A stretch of 64,000 nt of DNA, taken from Gammaproteobacteria bacterium. Lineage in GTDB: Bacteria > Pseudomonadota > Gammaproteobacteria > GCA-001735895. Of the stretch, positions 50,856-60,890 are shown in pieces. Where the stretch lies: positions 1 through 64,000 of the forward strand of contig JBNKUM010000056.1 of assembly GCA_050298595.1 (NCBI GenBank). Direction: 5' to 3'. The notes beneath the pieces were generated by a model. The model was not told where the DNA came from, made no database searches, and saw nothing but the letters and a program-made list of their open reading frames with translations. Both the position numbers and the translations under genes were made by a program. How positions within the stretch are numbered: position 1 is the stretch's first letter; every line of letters starts with the position of its first letter.

Positions 50856-51899
50856 ATGAAAGCTCAATTACGAATTTTAAAACAACTGGCCATCTGGATT
50901 TTTCCTTTTACAGGATTAAACATTTATCTGTCAAACTCTTACAACCAGTCTCTTTTTGAGTTGGCCGTGTGGTGGGGTGAAAATTACACTCTTACTGTGA
51001 ATACCTCCGTAAAGCTAATAACGTTTGCAATTTTATTCATATTATTTTCTCTTCAGTTCATAAGTTTATTGAATTCAATGTGTCTGGGTATTTTCGGTCG
51101 AAAACATTCACGGGTATTTTTAGGCTGTCTAATTAAAAATACCACTATGAACTATCGGCCAGAGGATAAAGAAAAAAAAGTCATTTGTGAACGCAATTAT
51201 AAACAAGAATTCAATTATAGTTTTCACGATGTCAATCGGTTGAAAACGTTCATAAAATTGCCTTTTACTGAAAACACTCTGGTAAATAGCAATAAACATT
51301 TACATCCTTACTCAATCTTAAACCGCATCATGTTAATGTTGTTTTTTGCTATGCCTACATTAGCAGCAATTCATGCTCTGGCATTTCCAGCGTATGTCGT
51401 TGACCAGAGTAGGGGGCAAATACTATCCGATGATGCCGTGCAAAGTTTTGATCAGGTATTATCAGCCTTTAATTTAAATCTATTTACTTCAGCCATCGTT
51501 TTTTTCTCCAGTCTTTTGATAGCCATTTATTTTTCCAGTAAGCAGCAAGATGATTCTGGAAAACAGGTCGAACCTCTACCAGAATATATAAGGCCTAAAA
51601 GTATCGTTATTGGAAAACCAATTATTCTCGTAAAAACCACCATTGAAAAATTTGATGAGCTTACTCAATTAAAGACTCAGGTTGATACGGGATTGCGTCG
51701 CGTATCGTTTGAGTTTGCAGAGGGATTTTATCCGCCTGTTTATGTGACTTTAAAGTTTGATCGAAATAAATATCCTGAGTTAGAAAAACAAATCATGCTG
51801 AATATAAAATCTAAAAAGGCTATGAGTTTTGAATTGACAGAAAAGTTGAGATTGAAGGTAATTAAAAAGGAAGAAGAGGCTGAAAAAAAATCTGCATGA
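50856..51899 (+). CDS. Hypothetical membrane protein
   Basis: 347-aa AT-rich ORF with several TM segments; no recognised family. Confidence 0.65.
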   Translation: MKAQLRILKQLAIWIFPFTGLNIYLSNSYNQSLFELAVWWGENYTLTVNTSVKLITFAILFILFSLQFISLLNSMCLGIFGRKHSRVFLGCLIKNTTMNYRPEDKEKKVICERNYKQEFNYSFHDVNRLKTFIKLPFTENTLVNSNKHLHPYSILNRIMLMLFFAMPTLAAIHALAFPAYVVDQSRGQILSDDAVQSFDQVLSAFNLNLFTSAIVFFSSLLIAIYFSSKQQDDSGKQVEPLPEYIRPKSIVIGKPIILVKTTIEKFDELTQLKTQVDTGLRRVSFEFAEGFYPPVYVTLKFDRNKYPELEKQIMLNIKSKKAMSFELTEKLRLKVIKKEEEAEKKSA

Positions 51900-52055
51900 T
51901 GGAAAATTCAGGTAGCTTGTATGTATGTGCAACTATTAAATCTTCTCATCGGACAGGATAAGGCAAAAGCAGGACTCTAAAGTTTTCATTGCAGTCCAGA
52001 GTGTTTTTTCTGCAATGCAAAAGACTCGATGGTTTCAGGAATATAATATTGAAAC

Positions 52056-53060
52056 TTATTGTGCTAAAACCTCGCTATGACCGATCCATGTGCTAGATAT
52101 TCCCAGTTTACCTTCCACAGATCTGGAGAAAGTCTGTGCTTCTTTTAATGACTGAAAATCTTGTACAGCGATACGGTAAATACTGGTGCCTTTACGGTCA
52201 ATAATGATGATTCTGGAATTAAGACTGGCCTTATGAAATCTCTGATTGACCCGCTCAGCCTCCGCCTTATCAAGCGTAGAAAACAAGTAGACATTATACT
52301 GCCGTCTCGATTTACTTGCTGCGGGAGTAGTGTTGTTTTTTATTGCTGTCTTTTCATCCTGAGTAAGGCTGGTTTTAGCTTTAGCCGCTGTACCTGGCAG
52401 ACCTGTTGATTTATTTTTGGTCTTATTTTTCGTCTTCTTATCTACAGTTGTTTTAGCTGAGTCTTTTGAATCAGAAGCTATCAAATCGAATGAACCATCG
52501 TCATTGATGAGCAATTGTATACCCGGTTGACTAAGAATGAACGCGTCGGATTGCTCGTTTTGGGTGATTTGAATGCTGCCATTGATCAAGTAAACCGAAG
52601 ACGAACTTCTTCCGCGCTGAACACAGATATCATAGTTGAAAGAAACCGCTGAAACGAGAGAATTGCCTACTTTGATATCATGCATATCACCAGGTTCTAA
52701 CGCTTGCTTGGAAAAGATACAGCTTTTTCCTTTATTAATAACCAGTATCAGTGGTTGGCTATTTGTTGTTGATTTTTCTATTTCCTTAGCTTGTATGCTG
52801 ATCTGGGATTCAGGATAAAGGAACAAAGTAGTAGATACCCCCATTTGTATCTCTGCCTGCCCTCTATTACCTGTGGTTATTTGATCGCCTGGTTTTATTA
52901 CCTGATTTCTTTTCAGATCAGTTTTATGTGTTCCCTGTTGTAACCAGACTGGGGATTTCAAAGCAGTAATTTTTTTTTCAGTGAAATCAGCGGCAAAAAC
53001 AGAGCAAAATATTTGACTGAGTAATATGGAACTGATGAGTATCTTTAGCATAGATTTCAC
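52056..53060 (-). CDS. Secreted protein with FecR-like N-terminal domain and C-terminal SPOR domain
   Basis: Signal peptide, GDQITTGNRGQAEI, Lys/Thr linker, YRIAVQDFQSLKEA. Confidence 0.7.
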   Translation of the reverse strand: MKSMLKILISSILLSQIFCSVFAADFTEKKITALKSPVWLQQGTHKTDLKRNQVIKPGDQITTGNRGQAEIQMGVSTTLFLYPESQISIQAKEIEKSTTNSQPLILVINKGKSCIFSKQALEPGDMHDIKVGNSLVSAVSFNYDICVQRGRSSSSVYLINGSIQITQNEQSDAFILSQPGIQLLINDDGSFDLIASDSKDSAKTTVDKKTKNKTKNKSTGLPGTAAKAKTSLTQDEKTAIKNNTTPAASKSRRQYNVYLFSTLDKAEAERVNQRFHKASLNSRIIIIDRKGTSIYRIAVQDFQSLKEAQTFSRSVEGKLGISSTWIGHSEVLAQ

Positions 53061-53210
53061 ATAATGGTAAGGTTGTTTTTATAGCACAAATAAGCACAAA
53101 AATAAAAAGAGTCAGATTCGAAGCGGTCAGGTACTGCTGTGTACAAAACTGAAAATATTTTTATCCGTCCTGAATTCGGTTTCTGACCTGAGTTAATCAA
53201 AATACGTAAT

Positions 53211-53633
53211 TTACACCACCTTACTCGCTTCACGATAAGATACCATGCGTTGTTGGTTCTCGTCCCACAGACTTGATTGAAAACAGTCAATAATATCTCG
53301 TAAAGCGATAGATGTGGTCACAGGTGACTGTAATTCGGGAATCGCTGCCATGGCTTCGGGCAGGCGGTAGAACGGTATGCGCACATTGAGGTTATGAACA
53401 TGGTGATAACCGATATAGCCGGTAACTCACTGCATCAGTTGGTTGAGCTTCATATAACAGGTAGATTCGAGCGTCGCGCGCGATAGAAGGTCAAGGCCTC
53501 AGGTGAAATTATAATCATGCGTTTTAAGCTCTGCCGGGTGAAAAAGAGATAACTATCCAGTGCTGAGGCAAGGGGCATTGGTATCAACACCACAAAAAAG
53601 CCACATCAAAACCGCCAAACACCCATAGCAAGG
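53211..53633 (-). pseudogene. Fatty acid desaturase 3' relic, truncated at the MITE copy 2 boundary
   Basis: Manual translation ...LMQ*VTGYIGYHHVHNLNVRIPFYRLPEAMAAIPELQ...LWDENQQRMV: third His box with stop and frameshifts. Confidence 0.75.
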
Positions 53634-54129
53634 CGCAGTTGACCGCTCGCGTTAGAGGGTAAGCCACTGTTTCGTTAACCATTATCATCGATATGTCTAT
53701 TCACGCTTCTATGCATCGGCTCAGGCATACTGCTTCGCTCTATCACCTAAATCCCTTTAGGCGTCCTGCATTGTCCTACCTTCGTTCATGTTAGCGTCCA
53801 TGCATTAGCGAAATAACAGCATCCATGCTTAAAACCAAACAGGTGAATCCCGCTACGAGCTGAATTGCACGTTTGAGGCGGCGTATCTCTGCGTTGCCTA
53901 TAGGGACATAGGTAAGGGGCGTGAGCAGGACGCGGAAGCCTTGCCTATAGGGACATAGGTAAGGGGCGTGAGCAGGACGCGGAAGCTTTGCCTATAGGGA
54001 CATAGGTAAGGGGCGTGAGCAGGACGCGGAAGCTTTGTAACTCCCTGGAATAGCTCGCTATTGTGCGTCGTCACGCCTTGATCTACAATACCTTAAACGC
54101 ACTACAACTCGTCCAACTGGAGATTCCAG
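53634..54129 (-). mobile_element. MITE-like element, copy 2 (inverted, one terminal repeat clipped)
   Basis: Reverse complement aligns end to end with 50215-50740 (CTGGAATCTCCAGTTGG...GAGCGGTCAACTGCG). Confidence 0.8.
53894..54037 (+). repeat. 3 x 47-bp tandem unit
   Basis: TTGCCTATAGGGACATAGGTAAGGGGCGTGAGCAGGACGCGGAAGC(C/T) at 53894, 53941 and 53988, closed by TTG. Confidence 0.95.
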
Positions 54130-54375
54130 GTTTAAAAGTTCCCGTCCGATTCGAATTCCGCCACTATGATCTAGCTACTCCAGATCGGATAGTTCATCGA
54201 TATCTGGTTCTTGCGTCAGCCCCATAATCGTGTTCTCCAACTCTTATAGAAAAATCGCATTAAAAAACGTCACGTACCTGTCATACAACATTTTAATAAA
54301 TATTACATGAACAGCCCCAGGGTCATTTAATAGATGTCATGGAAGTTACTCCATTCTTGTGCAGTACAAAAGGAA

Positions 54376-54746
54376 TAGCGCTGGAGTCTATATTGCGCAG
54401 CAACAGGCCAGACTGAAGCTCATCCCTGTTTAACGACTGTCTGGGTATTATTGTCCGTACTGGATAAAACACGCAGAAAAGTACAGGATAACTATCTGGC
54501 TTTTGTTTCAGAAGGCTGCAATCAATCCTCTCTGGGTTAGGCCCAGATCAATCTATCAAAGACATACCCAATAATAGAAACAGGCAGCACAGCGACCACT
54601 TAGCGATTACGCTAAGAAAGGTGTGGAGAAATATTCAGCGATGGCTAAAGCCAGATGCTAGTGAAGTATTTTGGGTAAAGCTATGCAACGGTAATTTGGC
54701 TGTAAAAGCAAATGTAAATCAGATTTGAAATATAAATCCTGACCCC
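54376..54746 (+). pseudogene. Relic of an IS200-like/REP-associated tyrosine (Y1) transposase
   Basis: RWSLYCAATGQTEAHPCLTTVWVL...KTRRKVQDNYLAFVSEG resembles the post-catalytic WSSY region; ends at TGACCCC. Confidence 0.5.
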
Positions 54747-55142
54747 ACAGAGCTCAGATAAAAATAAATAGCGATGGTTTTGTTTGGCGTATGGTAGAGA
54801 TGACTATGAGTATCGTACGATAAAAAGCTTATATATGTTTATTTTTGCCTACGCTGTTTTGCTAATTGAAAGATGGCTACCTATCATCTAAATTTAAACT
54901 GTGATTATCATACTTCGTGTAGTTATGCAAATAGAGGGAAAAATTCAGCAAATTGGAAAATTCGCGCAAATCACATAATGACCAGTTAGGAGAATAATAA
55001 AATTAATACTCGCACATTAAATACTCTATCGTTCGGAACTATAATTGTTTTTGCTTGTGGGTGGGGATTAATATTATTAATACCAGCTGCAAGTTCGCTA
55101 TTCGGTAGCGAGCAGGTTGAACACTACAAAGTACCATTAGTT

Positions 55143-55385
55143 TTGATTTCGTTTCTAGCCGTGATTGTTTTATCTATCACAGCAGTTGTCATGGTTGTAT
55201 ATTGTTTAGCATTGTTACTAAAGAAAAGATCGACGGCGTGGTTAAAATTACCTATCGCTTTATTATTGCCTGTCATACTTTTAAATGTGGTTTCATTTTT
55301 TATAGTTGACCATGTATCTCAAAGTAGAAACTCTGCCGAAAATGCGATGAAATATTGTAAGAAAGTTAAAGGTCTAACTCAATAA
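55143..55385 (+). CDS. Small hypothetical membrane protein (possibly a fragment)
   Basis: Two TM helices, TTG start, AT-rich. Confidence 0.35.
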   Translation: MISFLAVIVLSITAVVMVVYCLALLLKKRSTAWLKLPIALLLPVILLNVVSFFIVDHVSQSRNSAENAMKYCKKVKGLTQ

Positions 55386-55599
55386 ATTTGGGGGTCTCAA
55401 TAAATGTATATCAAATCATTACTGTCTATTAACTTTCACTGCAAAAACAGTTGATTGATATTCACGAAAGAACTCTGGAATTAGCGATTAGCAGTTCCCA
55501 TAATAGATGTTACCGTTTTGTTTCTAACTTAACGAACCTCAAATAGAAACTTTCATGAACTTTATGGTGAAATGGACTTACATTCATCCAAAAGTTTAG

Positions 55600-55925
55600 T
55601 CATATTGTTCGATGAGGCAGACAAATTGGTTTAACTAAAAAACTGGCCAATGATCTCGATTTAATTCTTAATCAATGTAGACTTAGGTATATTACCGACC
55701 GGATCTGTTTGCATTGTCATCCCAGGTAGTCAGGGATATTTTTGAATATCTCGATTCTTAATTTTATGTGTAGACACTAGATACTCTTTAACCTCAATAA
55801 TTCATAAAAAAGAAGCCAAATCGATTGCATCCGTGATGCTCAATACCGGTGTACTTTGTGCGTAAATATCGATACCTATATGAACTCCAGAAGCGACTCA
55901 CAGTAACCGGAATGTATTCGAATTC
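55600..55925 (-). pseudogene. Possible M23 peptidase relic
   Basis: SGVHIGIDIYAQSTPVLS resembles the M23 HxGxD motif; the rest is degraded and the boundaries are approximate. Confidence 0.35.
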
Positions 55926-55929
55926 TGCA

Positions 55930-57213
55930 CTAGCTGATACGTATAATTTTTAGTGCCTGTTTTTTACCTTTAACCCTAAGCAATTCGTATTCACTCACTG
56001 GTATATTCATAAAGGTGCCGTAGCTATGTTGATCTATCACTATTTCACCTTCTGCTGCGGCAGAGCATAAGCGAGATGCAACATTGACTGAGTCACCGAT
56101 AATAGTAAAGTCCATTCGATCTGAGGCACCTATAGTGCCTATGACTACATCTCCGGTATAGATACCGATACCAATTCCGCGCGACAGACGGGAAGTTTTC
56201 ATTTTTGAGATGGCCTGCTGAGCGGCATTGAATGCTCTTTTTTCAGCATCTTCGCCCTGGAAATACGCCAGTACTGCATCACCGATCATCTTATCAACAT
56301 CACCGTGATTCTGGGATACCGCTGCGATTACAATCTCCAGCGATTGATTAAGAAAGGCTACAACTTTTTCTGGTGATTCTGTTTCACAAAAATCCGTAAA
56401 ACCCCGTATATCAGAAAACAATATGGTCGCCCGAATACGCCTTGATTGAACTTGTCCTGAACCCAGGGATGATCTAAGGCTTGAAACGGCCTCATGTGAA
56501 ACCAGCTTTTGTAGCTTGTTGCGAAACTCCTGGATAAGATCAGTCCTGTAATTGATATCTCGTTGTGCCCTTGCAACAAGTTGTCTCATGATCAGACCAA
56601 GTAACACCAATACGCCAACTGGAAATGATATTGCGGGAACGATAATTTTAAGAGATAAGCTATCGAGATAATCAACAGGTTCGTATAATTCCATTACAAT
56701 ATTATTTACATTTCCTGGTACACGTACATACAGCTCATAAAGTTTGGAACCGTCATCCATTTTTTTCAGAATCAGGTTGTTCTGACCATTCCTGGCGTTG
56801 ACAAAACCATTGCTGAGATCATTGCTACCTATGGCATTTTCTTCAGAGCTGTAAAGTAGTATCGCATCGTTACCGTAAATTTTTAGATGAGATAGCCTCA
56901 GTTCCCTCATTTCTCCTCTAATCGTATTGATCAATGACAGACCCTGATCTGTTTTAAAAAATGAGGGAGGGTCTTCACTCTGTTGCAGGGTTTCCCATGC
57001 GCTTTTATCTTTATCGATTAAAGCCTGGTCTATGGTTTGAGACCGGGCTTCAGATAATTGAAGATAGATTTCTTCGACCAGATATCGACTGCCCTTGCCA
57101 AAGGTAATGGCGATCACCAAAATCAAAATAACTAAACCAGGTAAAACAGTATGTCGAAACTTTTCGGCTAGAGGATACGGATTATCAAGTTTTATGTTCA
57201 AAGAATCTGGCAT
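55930..57213 (-). CDS. Membrane-bound class III adenylate/guanylate cyclase
   Basis: Two TM helices; ILFSDIRGFT, DKMIGDAV, DFTIIGDSVNVASRL. Confidence 0.9.
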   Translation of the reverse strand: MPDSLNIKLDNPYPLAEKFRHTVLPGLVILILVIAITFGKGSRYLVEEIYLQLSEARSQTIDQALIDKDKSAWETLQQSEDPPSFFKTDQGLSLINTIRGEMRELRLSHLKIYGNDAILLYSSEENAIGSNDLSNGFVNARNGQNNLILKKMDDGSKLYELYVRVPGNVNNIVMELYEPVDYLDSLSLKIIVPAISFPVGVLVLLGLIMRQLVARAQRDINYRTDLIQEFRNKLQKLVSHEAVSSLRSSLGSGQVQSRRIRATILFSDIRGFTDFCETESPEKVVAFLNQSLEIVIAAVSQNHGDVDKMIGDAVLAYFQGEDAEKRAFNAAQQAISKMKTSRLSRGIGIGIYTGDVVIGTIGASDRMDFTIIGDSVNVASRLCSAAAEGEIVIDQHSYGTFMNIPVSEYELLRVKGKKQALKIIRIS

Positions 57214-57619
57214 GGAATTTACCTTGGTAGTTATTTTTATTTATGAGGACTCGGAAGCGATTGCAGATTGATTGAATACCCTGATGATGAGCCATAGTGA
57301 AGTCTTCCTGACATAAGCAACAATTAATAATCCTAGCCACTAATAATCTGAAACTGACATAATCAGGAGCCATATCTTCGTTGTGTTTTTTTAATATGTG
57401 AAACAGGAATAATGCAATCAGAACCACTGCAGGAACACCTTTAAACTCTATCAGCATTCCTGATATTACCACTATTTTGTTTAGATATGCATTATCCAGG
57501 TAATTCGGATTTTCTAGAACTGGCTAGTAAAGGGCTTCTCCAATAAAAAGCATAACAATCGCAAATAAAAACAATACACCGATGCTATCGTTTGGCATTT
57601 GCTCAATGTTCTTTTGTTA

Positions 57620-58042
57620 AAACAATCCGTTTTTCTGAAGTTCAATTTTAGAAATTACACTGGTAATGAAATATTAAGATTGCAATCCAGATTTATTGGC
57701 TATCGCTCTTATCCCAGGCGCTATCTCTGATTTTGCTGGATTATCGATGCAGCGGCTTCGCGTTCAGATAATGCTACCGATGCAACATCCAGCAGTTCGT
57801 CATTTAAACCATGTTTAAAGCAGGGTGTCGTCACAGCCTGAGATAATCAATCATGTAGCAGTCCATTATGTGTTGAGTCGAGTATCCATCTATCGATAAG
57901 CTCGTGCGGGAATAACCATTTACCAGTTATTTTGGTGGCGGGTATCTTGCCATAGCTAACCAGTGAATAAATTTTTTTCGTTTAGATGCAGGTAATCTGA
58001 TACCTGCTTTACATTCATGAAAACATCAAAATGATTTTCCAT
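57620..58042 (-). pseudogene. Excisionase-type HTH plus molybdate/PBP-domain regulator relic
   Basis: MNVKQVSDYLHLNEK/(frameshift)YSLVSYGKIPATKITGKWLFPHELIDRWILDS...SEREAAA...IAPGIRA; directly downstream of fdhD. Confidence 0.7.
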
Positions 58043-58061
58043 ATAGGGACGCATGGCGAAT

Positions 58062-58937
58062 CTACTCTAATGTTCTTTTTTGTGATGAGCCAGGGCGTTG
58101 CGGGATGGCATCAAATTCAATACTTGAGTGGCCGTTGTAAACAATGAAATGTTTGCCCTTCGCGCGTGCGATTAGGATTACGCCCATTTTTCTGGCGATA
58201 TCCAGCCCCATCTGAGTAGCGCCTGAACGCGATAGCAACACCGGTATACCCATTAGCGCAACCTTAATCACCATCTCTGAGGTCAGCCTACCTGTGGTGT
58301 AAAATACCTTGTCATTTGCGGGCACACGATTCAGCCACATATAACCCGCTATGGCATCTACTGCATTATGTCTGCCGACATCTTCGATGAAGATCTCGCT
58401 TTCATCCTGCTTACACAAGGCACAGCCGTGTACGGCGCCGGCACTTTTATAGATTTCATTATGCTCATTCAACTTATTCAGAAGACTGTAGATCATGGAT
58501 TGTCTGATCTTAACCTGAGGTAACTGGGTTTTATCCAGCTCTGCCGTCAGATTGCCGTACATGGTGCCCTGTCCACAGCCAGTGGTGACGGTTTTGTGTT
58601 TGAGCTTTTTATCCAGACTATCTACACCATGGTGAGTGACGATTGCGACGGATTCGGTTTCCCAGTCGACCTGGACTGATTTGATTTGTTTTATGTCGCT
58701 GATGATGCGTTGATTATGTAACCAGCCCAGAATCAAAAGCTCGGGATAATTGCCGAGTGTCATCAGGGTGACTATTTCTCGTTTATCGAGATAAACCGTT
58801 AGGGCGCGCTCGACGGCAATGTTTCCACTTACCTGCTCGTTGAATTCGTTTAAACCAGTAACTTCGTTGGTGCTGTGCAATCCGGCATTACTGAGTTCCG
58901 GTTGATAATGGGGTGTTAACAGGGCAGGTTGGTTCAT
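58062..58937 (-). CDS. fdhD: Formate dehydrogenase accessory sulfurtransferase FdhD
   Basis: TTGCGQG, GAVHGC, EDVGRHNAVD, TTGRLTSEMV. Confidence 0.93.
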   Translation of the reverse strand: MNQPALLTPHYQPELSNAGLHSTNEVTGLNEFNEQVSGNIAVERALTVYLDKREIVTLMTLGNYPELLILGWLHNQRIISDIKQIKSVQVDWETESVAIVTHHGVDSLDKKLKHKTVTTGCGQGTMYGNLTAELDKTQLPQVKIRQSMIYSLLNKLNEHNEIYKSAGAVHGCALCKQDESEIFIEDVGRHNAVDAIAGYMWLNRVPANDKVFYTTGRLTSEMVIKVALMGIPVLLSRSGATQMGLDIARKMGVILIARAKGKHFIVYNGHSSIEFDAIPQRPGSSQKRTLE

Positions 58938-58939
58938 AT

Positions 58940-59962
58940 CTAACCGCCGGTCATATTCATATGGCGAAGTAAAATTTCATTAGACTGGATATTAAATTCA
59001 TGTCCTTTGGGTTTGATATCGAGTGATTCGATAATGGCATTCTTTAGAGCCTCTCTATCACCGGGGTGGGCTCTGATGATGTGTTTTAAATCCATAGAGT
59101 GTTCCTGACCCAGACATAACAGTAACTGGCCTTCTGCAGTCAGGCGAACACGATTACAGCTATCGCAGAAGTTATGGCTATGCGGTGAGATAAATCCCAC
59201 GCGAGTATCAGGGTAGTCATTAATGCGAAAATAGCGGGCTGGTCCAGCGGTGGTTTCAGTCGTGTGTATTAATTCAAAATCAGACGACAGGTCTTCGATA
59301 ATCTCGTCACTGGAGTAATAGGTGCCACTGTGGCTATGCTCTCCGGTGATACCCAGCGGCATATTTTCTATAAAGCTGATATCGATCTTTCGTTCAAGTG
59401 CATAATTGAGCAGGTCTTTCACTTCTTGATGATTACGATCTTTCAGAATGACGCTATTGATTTTGACCTTATTAAATCCATGATCAATAGCTGCCTGAAT
59501 GCCATCTAGTGTTTTCTCGATTTTGCCGACTCGGGTGATCTCAGAAAACAGATCAGGCTTAAGTGTATCCAGACTGACATTGATACGTGTAACACCCGCA
59601 TCTTTAAGCTGAGTTGCAAATCTGCTCAGCTGTGATCCATTTGTGGTCAGGGTAAGATCTTCCAGGTCATCAAGCTGCCCCAAGTTTTGAAATAGCGAGA
59701 TGATATTACTTCTTACCAGTGGCTCACCACCGGTGATTCTGATTTTCTTTACGCCAAGTTCGACATAGGCCTGTGCGATGTAATGAATTTCTTCCAGCGT
59801 GAGTAATTGGGTACGCGGCACGAATTGCATATTCTCTGACATGCAGTACTGGCAACGAAGATCACAACGATCAGTCACCGAAAGCCGGATGTAATCGATT
59901 TTCCTGCCGTAGCGGTCAATTAACTGGTTTTGATTTTTTGTAGCAGGCTGATTATTCAGCAT
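58940..59962 (-). CDS. moaA: GTP 3',8-cyclase MoaA
   Basis: CDLRCQYC, TGGEP, FCDSCNRVR, C-terminal GG. Confidence 0.96.
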   Translation of the reverse strand: MLNNQPATKNQNQLIDRYGRKIDYIRLSVTDRCDLRCQYCMSENMQFVPRTQLLTLEEIHYIAQAYVELGVKKIRITGGEPLVRSNIISLFQNLGQLDDLEDLTLTTNGSQLSRFATQLKDAGVTRINVSLDTLKPDLFSEITRVGKIEKTLDGIQAAIDHGFNKVKINSVILKDRNHQEVKDLLNYALERKIDISFIENMPLGITGEHSHSGTYYSSDEIIEDLSSDFELIHTTETTAGPARYFRINDYPDTRVGFISPHSHNFCDSCNRVRLTAEGQLLLCLGQEHSMDLKHIIRAHPGDREALKNAIIESLDIKPKGHEFNIQSNEILLRHMNMTGG

Positions 59963-60466
59963 AAAAAACTCTCATTCTTGGTAGCTCTTAACTTTGAGCT
60001 TTAGTTTGTATAGCAATATGTATACCTGAATAATTCGGAGAAGTGTCCGGATTTATTCGTATATTTCGATCATTACGCGCTCACTGCGAAAATAATCTTT
60101 TACAATATCAGATGCTTATAGATTGATTCGTTACTATGGATGCTCGCTATAATGTAATAATTCGTTTCAATATGACAACTTTTTCCACTAGTTGTCTCAT
60201 TTAAACACGATATCTGATTCAGATTTAGCTGAAAAGTGGGTCGATATGTACCATTTGCGAATCAGCATTTTCCCATATTGCTCCACTTTACAGCTTTTCA
60301 AGCTGATTATTTTCCACTGTCAGCTCTTCTACCAGCCTCGCAACAATTTGAAAAAGCTGTCATGGCGAGTGTAACGTGTCAATCTATAAGTGCTTGATAT
60401 TATGCTAAAAGATCTCCAGGCAACTATAGGTCAATAATTTCAGAATTTGAGTAAACACAAACTCTA

Positions 60467-60828
60467 TGCAAAAAAATAGAACTTAGCGATTTCACACGGA
60501 TTTTTTAATATGGGAGAAAAATCCTGGTACTGGATGGTCATCATCATTTGATTGAAAGAATTGTCGCTGGAGTAGAAAAGCTCAAGGTAAAGTATGTGAT
60601 CAGTCCTGAATGTGGACATGCTTTTTCAGCCATTCGATGGGAATGCCCCAATTTTATTGGTCGCCAATATTCCTTTTGATGAATTAATAGTAAAAACTCT
60701 GATCTAGGCCTGCGCCAACTGTCGCATGGTAATGGAAGAGGGGCTGGAAAAAAGTGGAATGGATATTCCCATTATTGGATTAACCGAACTTTTGGCAGAG
60801 CAACTGATAGAGACGAAATAACACTGAT
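60467..60828 (+). pseudogene. CCG-domain Fe-S protein (HdrD/DsrK-like) relic
   Basis: Fragments LKVKYVISPECGHAFSAIRWE and ACANCRMVMEEGLE...IIGLTELLAEQL, separated by stops and deletions. Confidence 0.6.
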
Positions 60829-60890
60829 GCCACTGAAACAAATGATACTGAATCTGGCGCATCTTAAGAATATCTATCAATCAAACTACA

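Noticed and set aside
53894-54037. CRISPR array (also 50295-50391)
   Set aside because: The 47-bp units are head-to-tail with no unique spacers and no cas genes; this is a tandem repeat.
59963-60190. Moco riboswitch or ModE box upstream of moaA
   Set aside because: No convincing match to either consensus.
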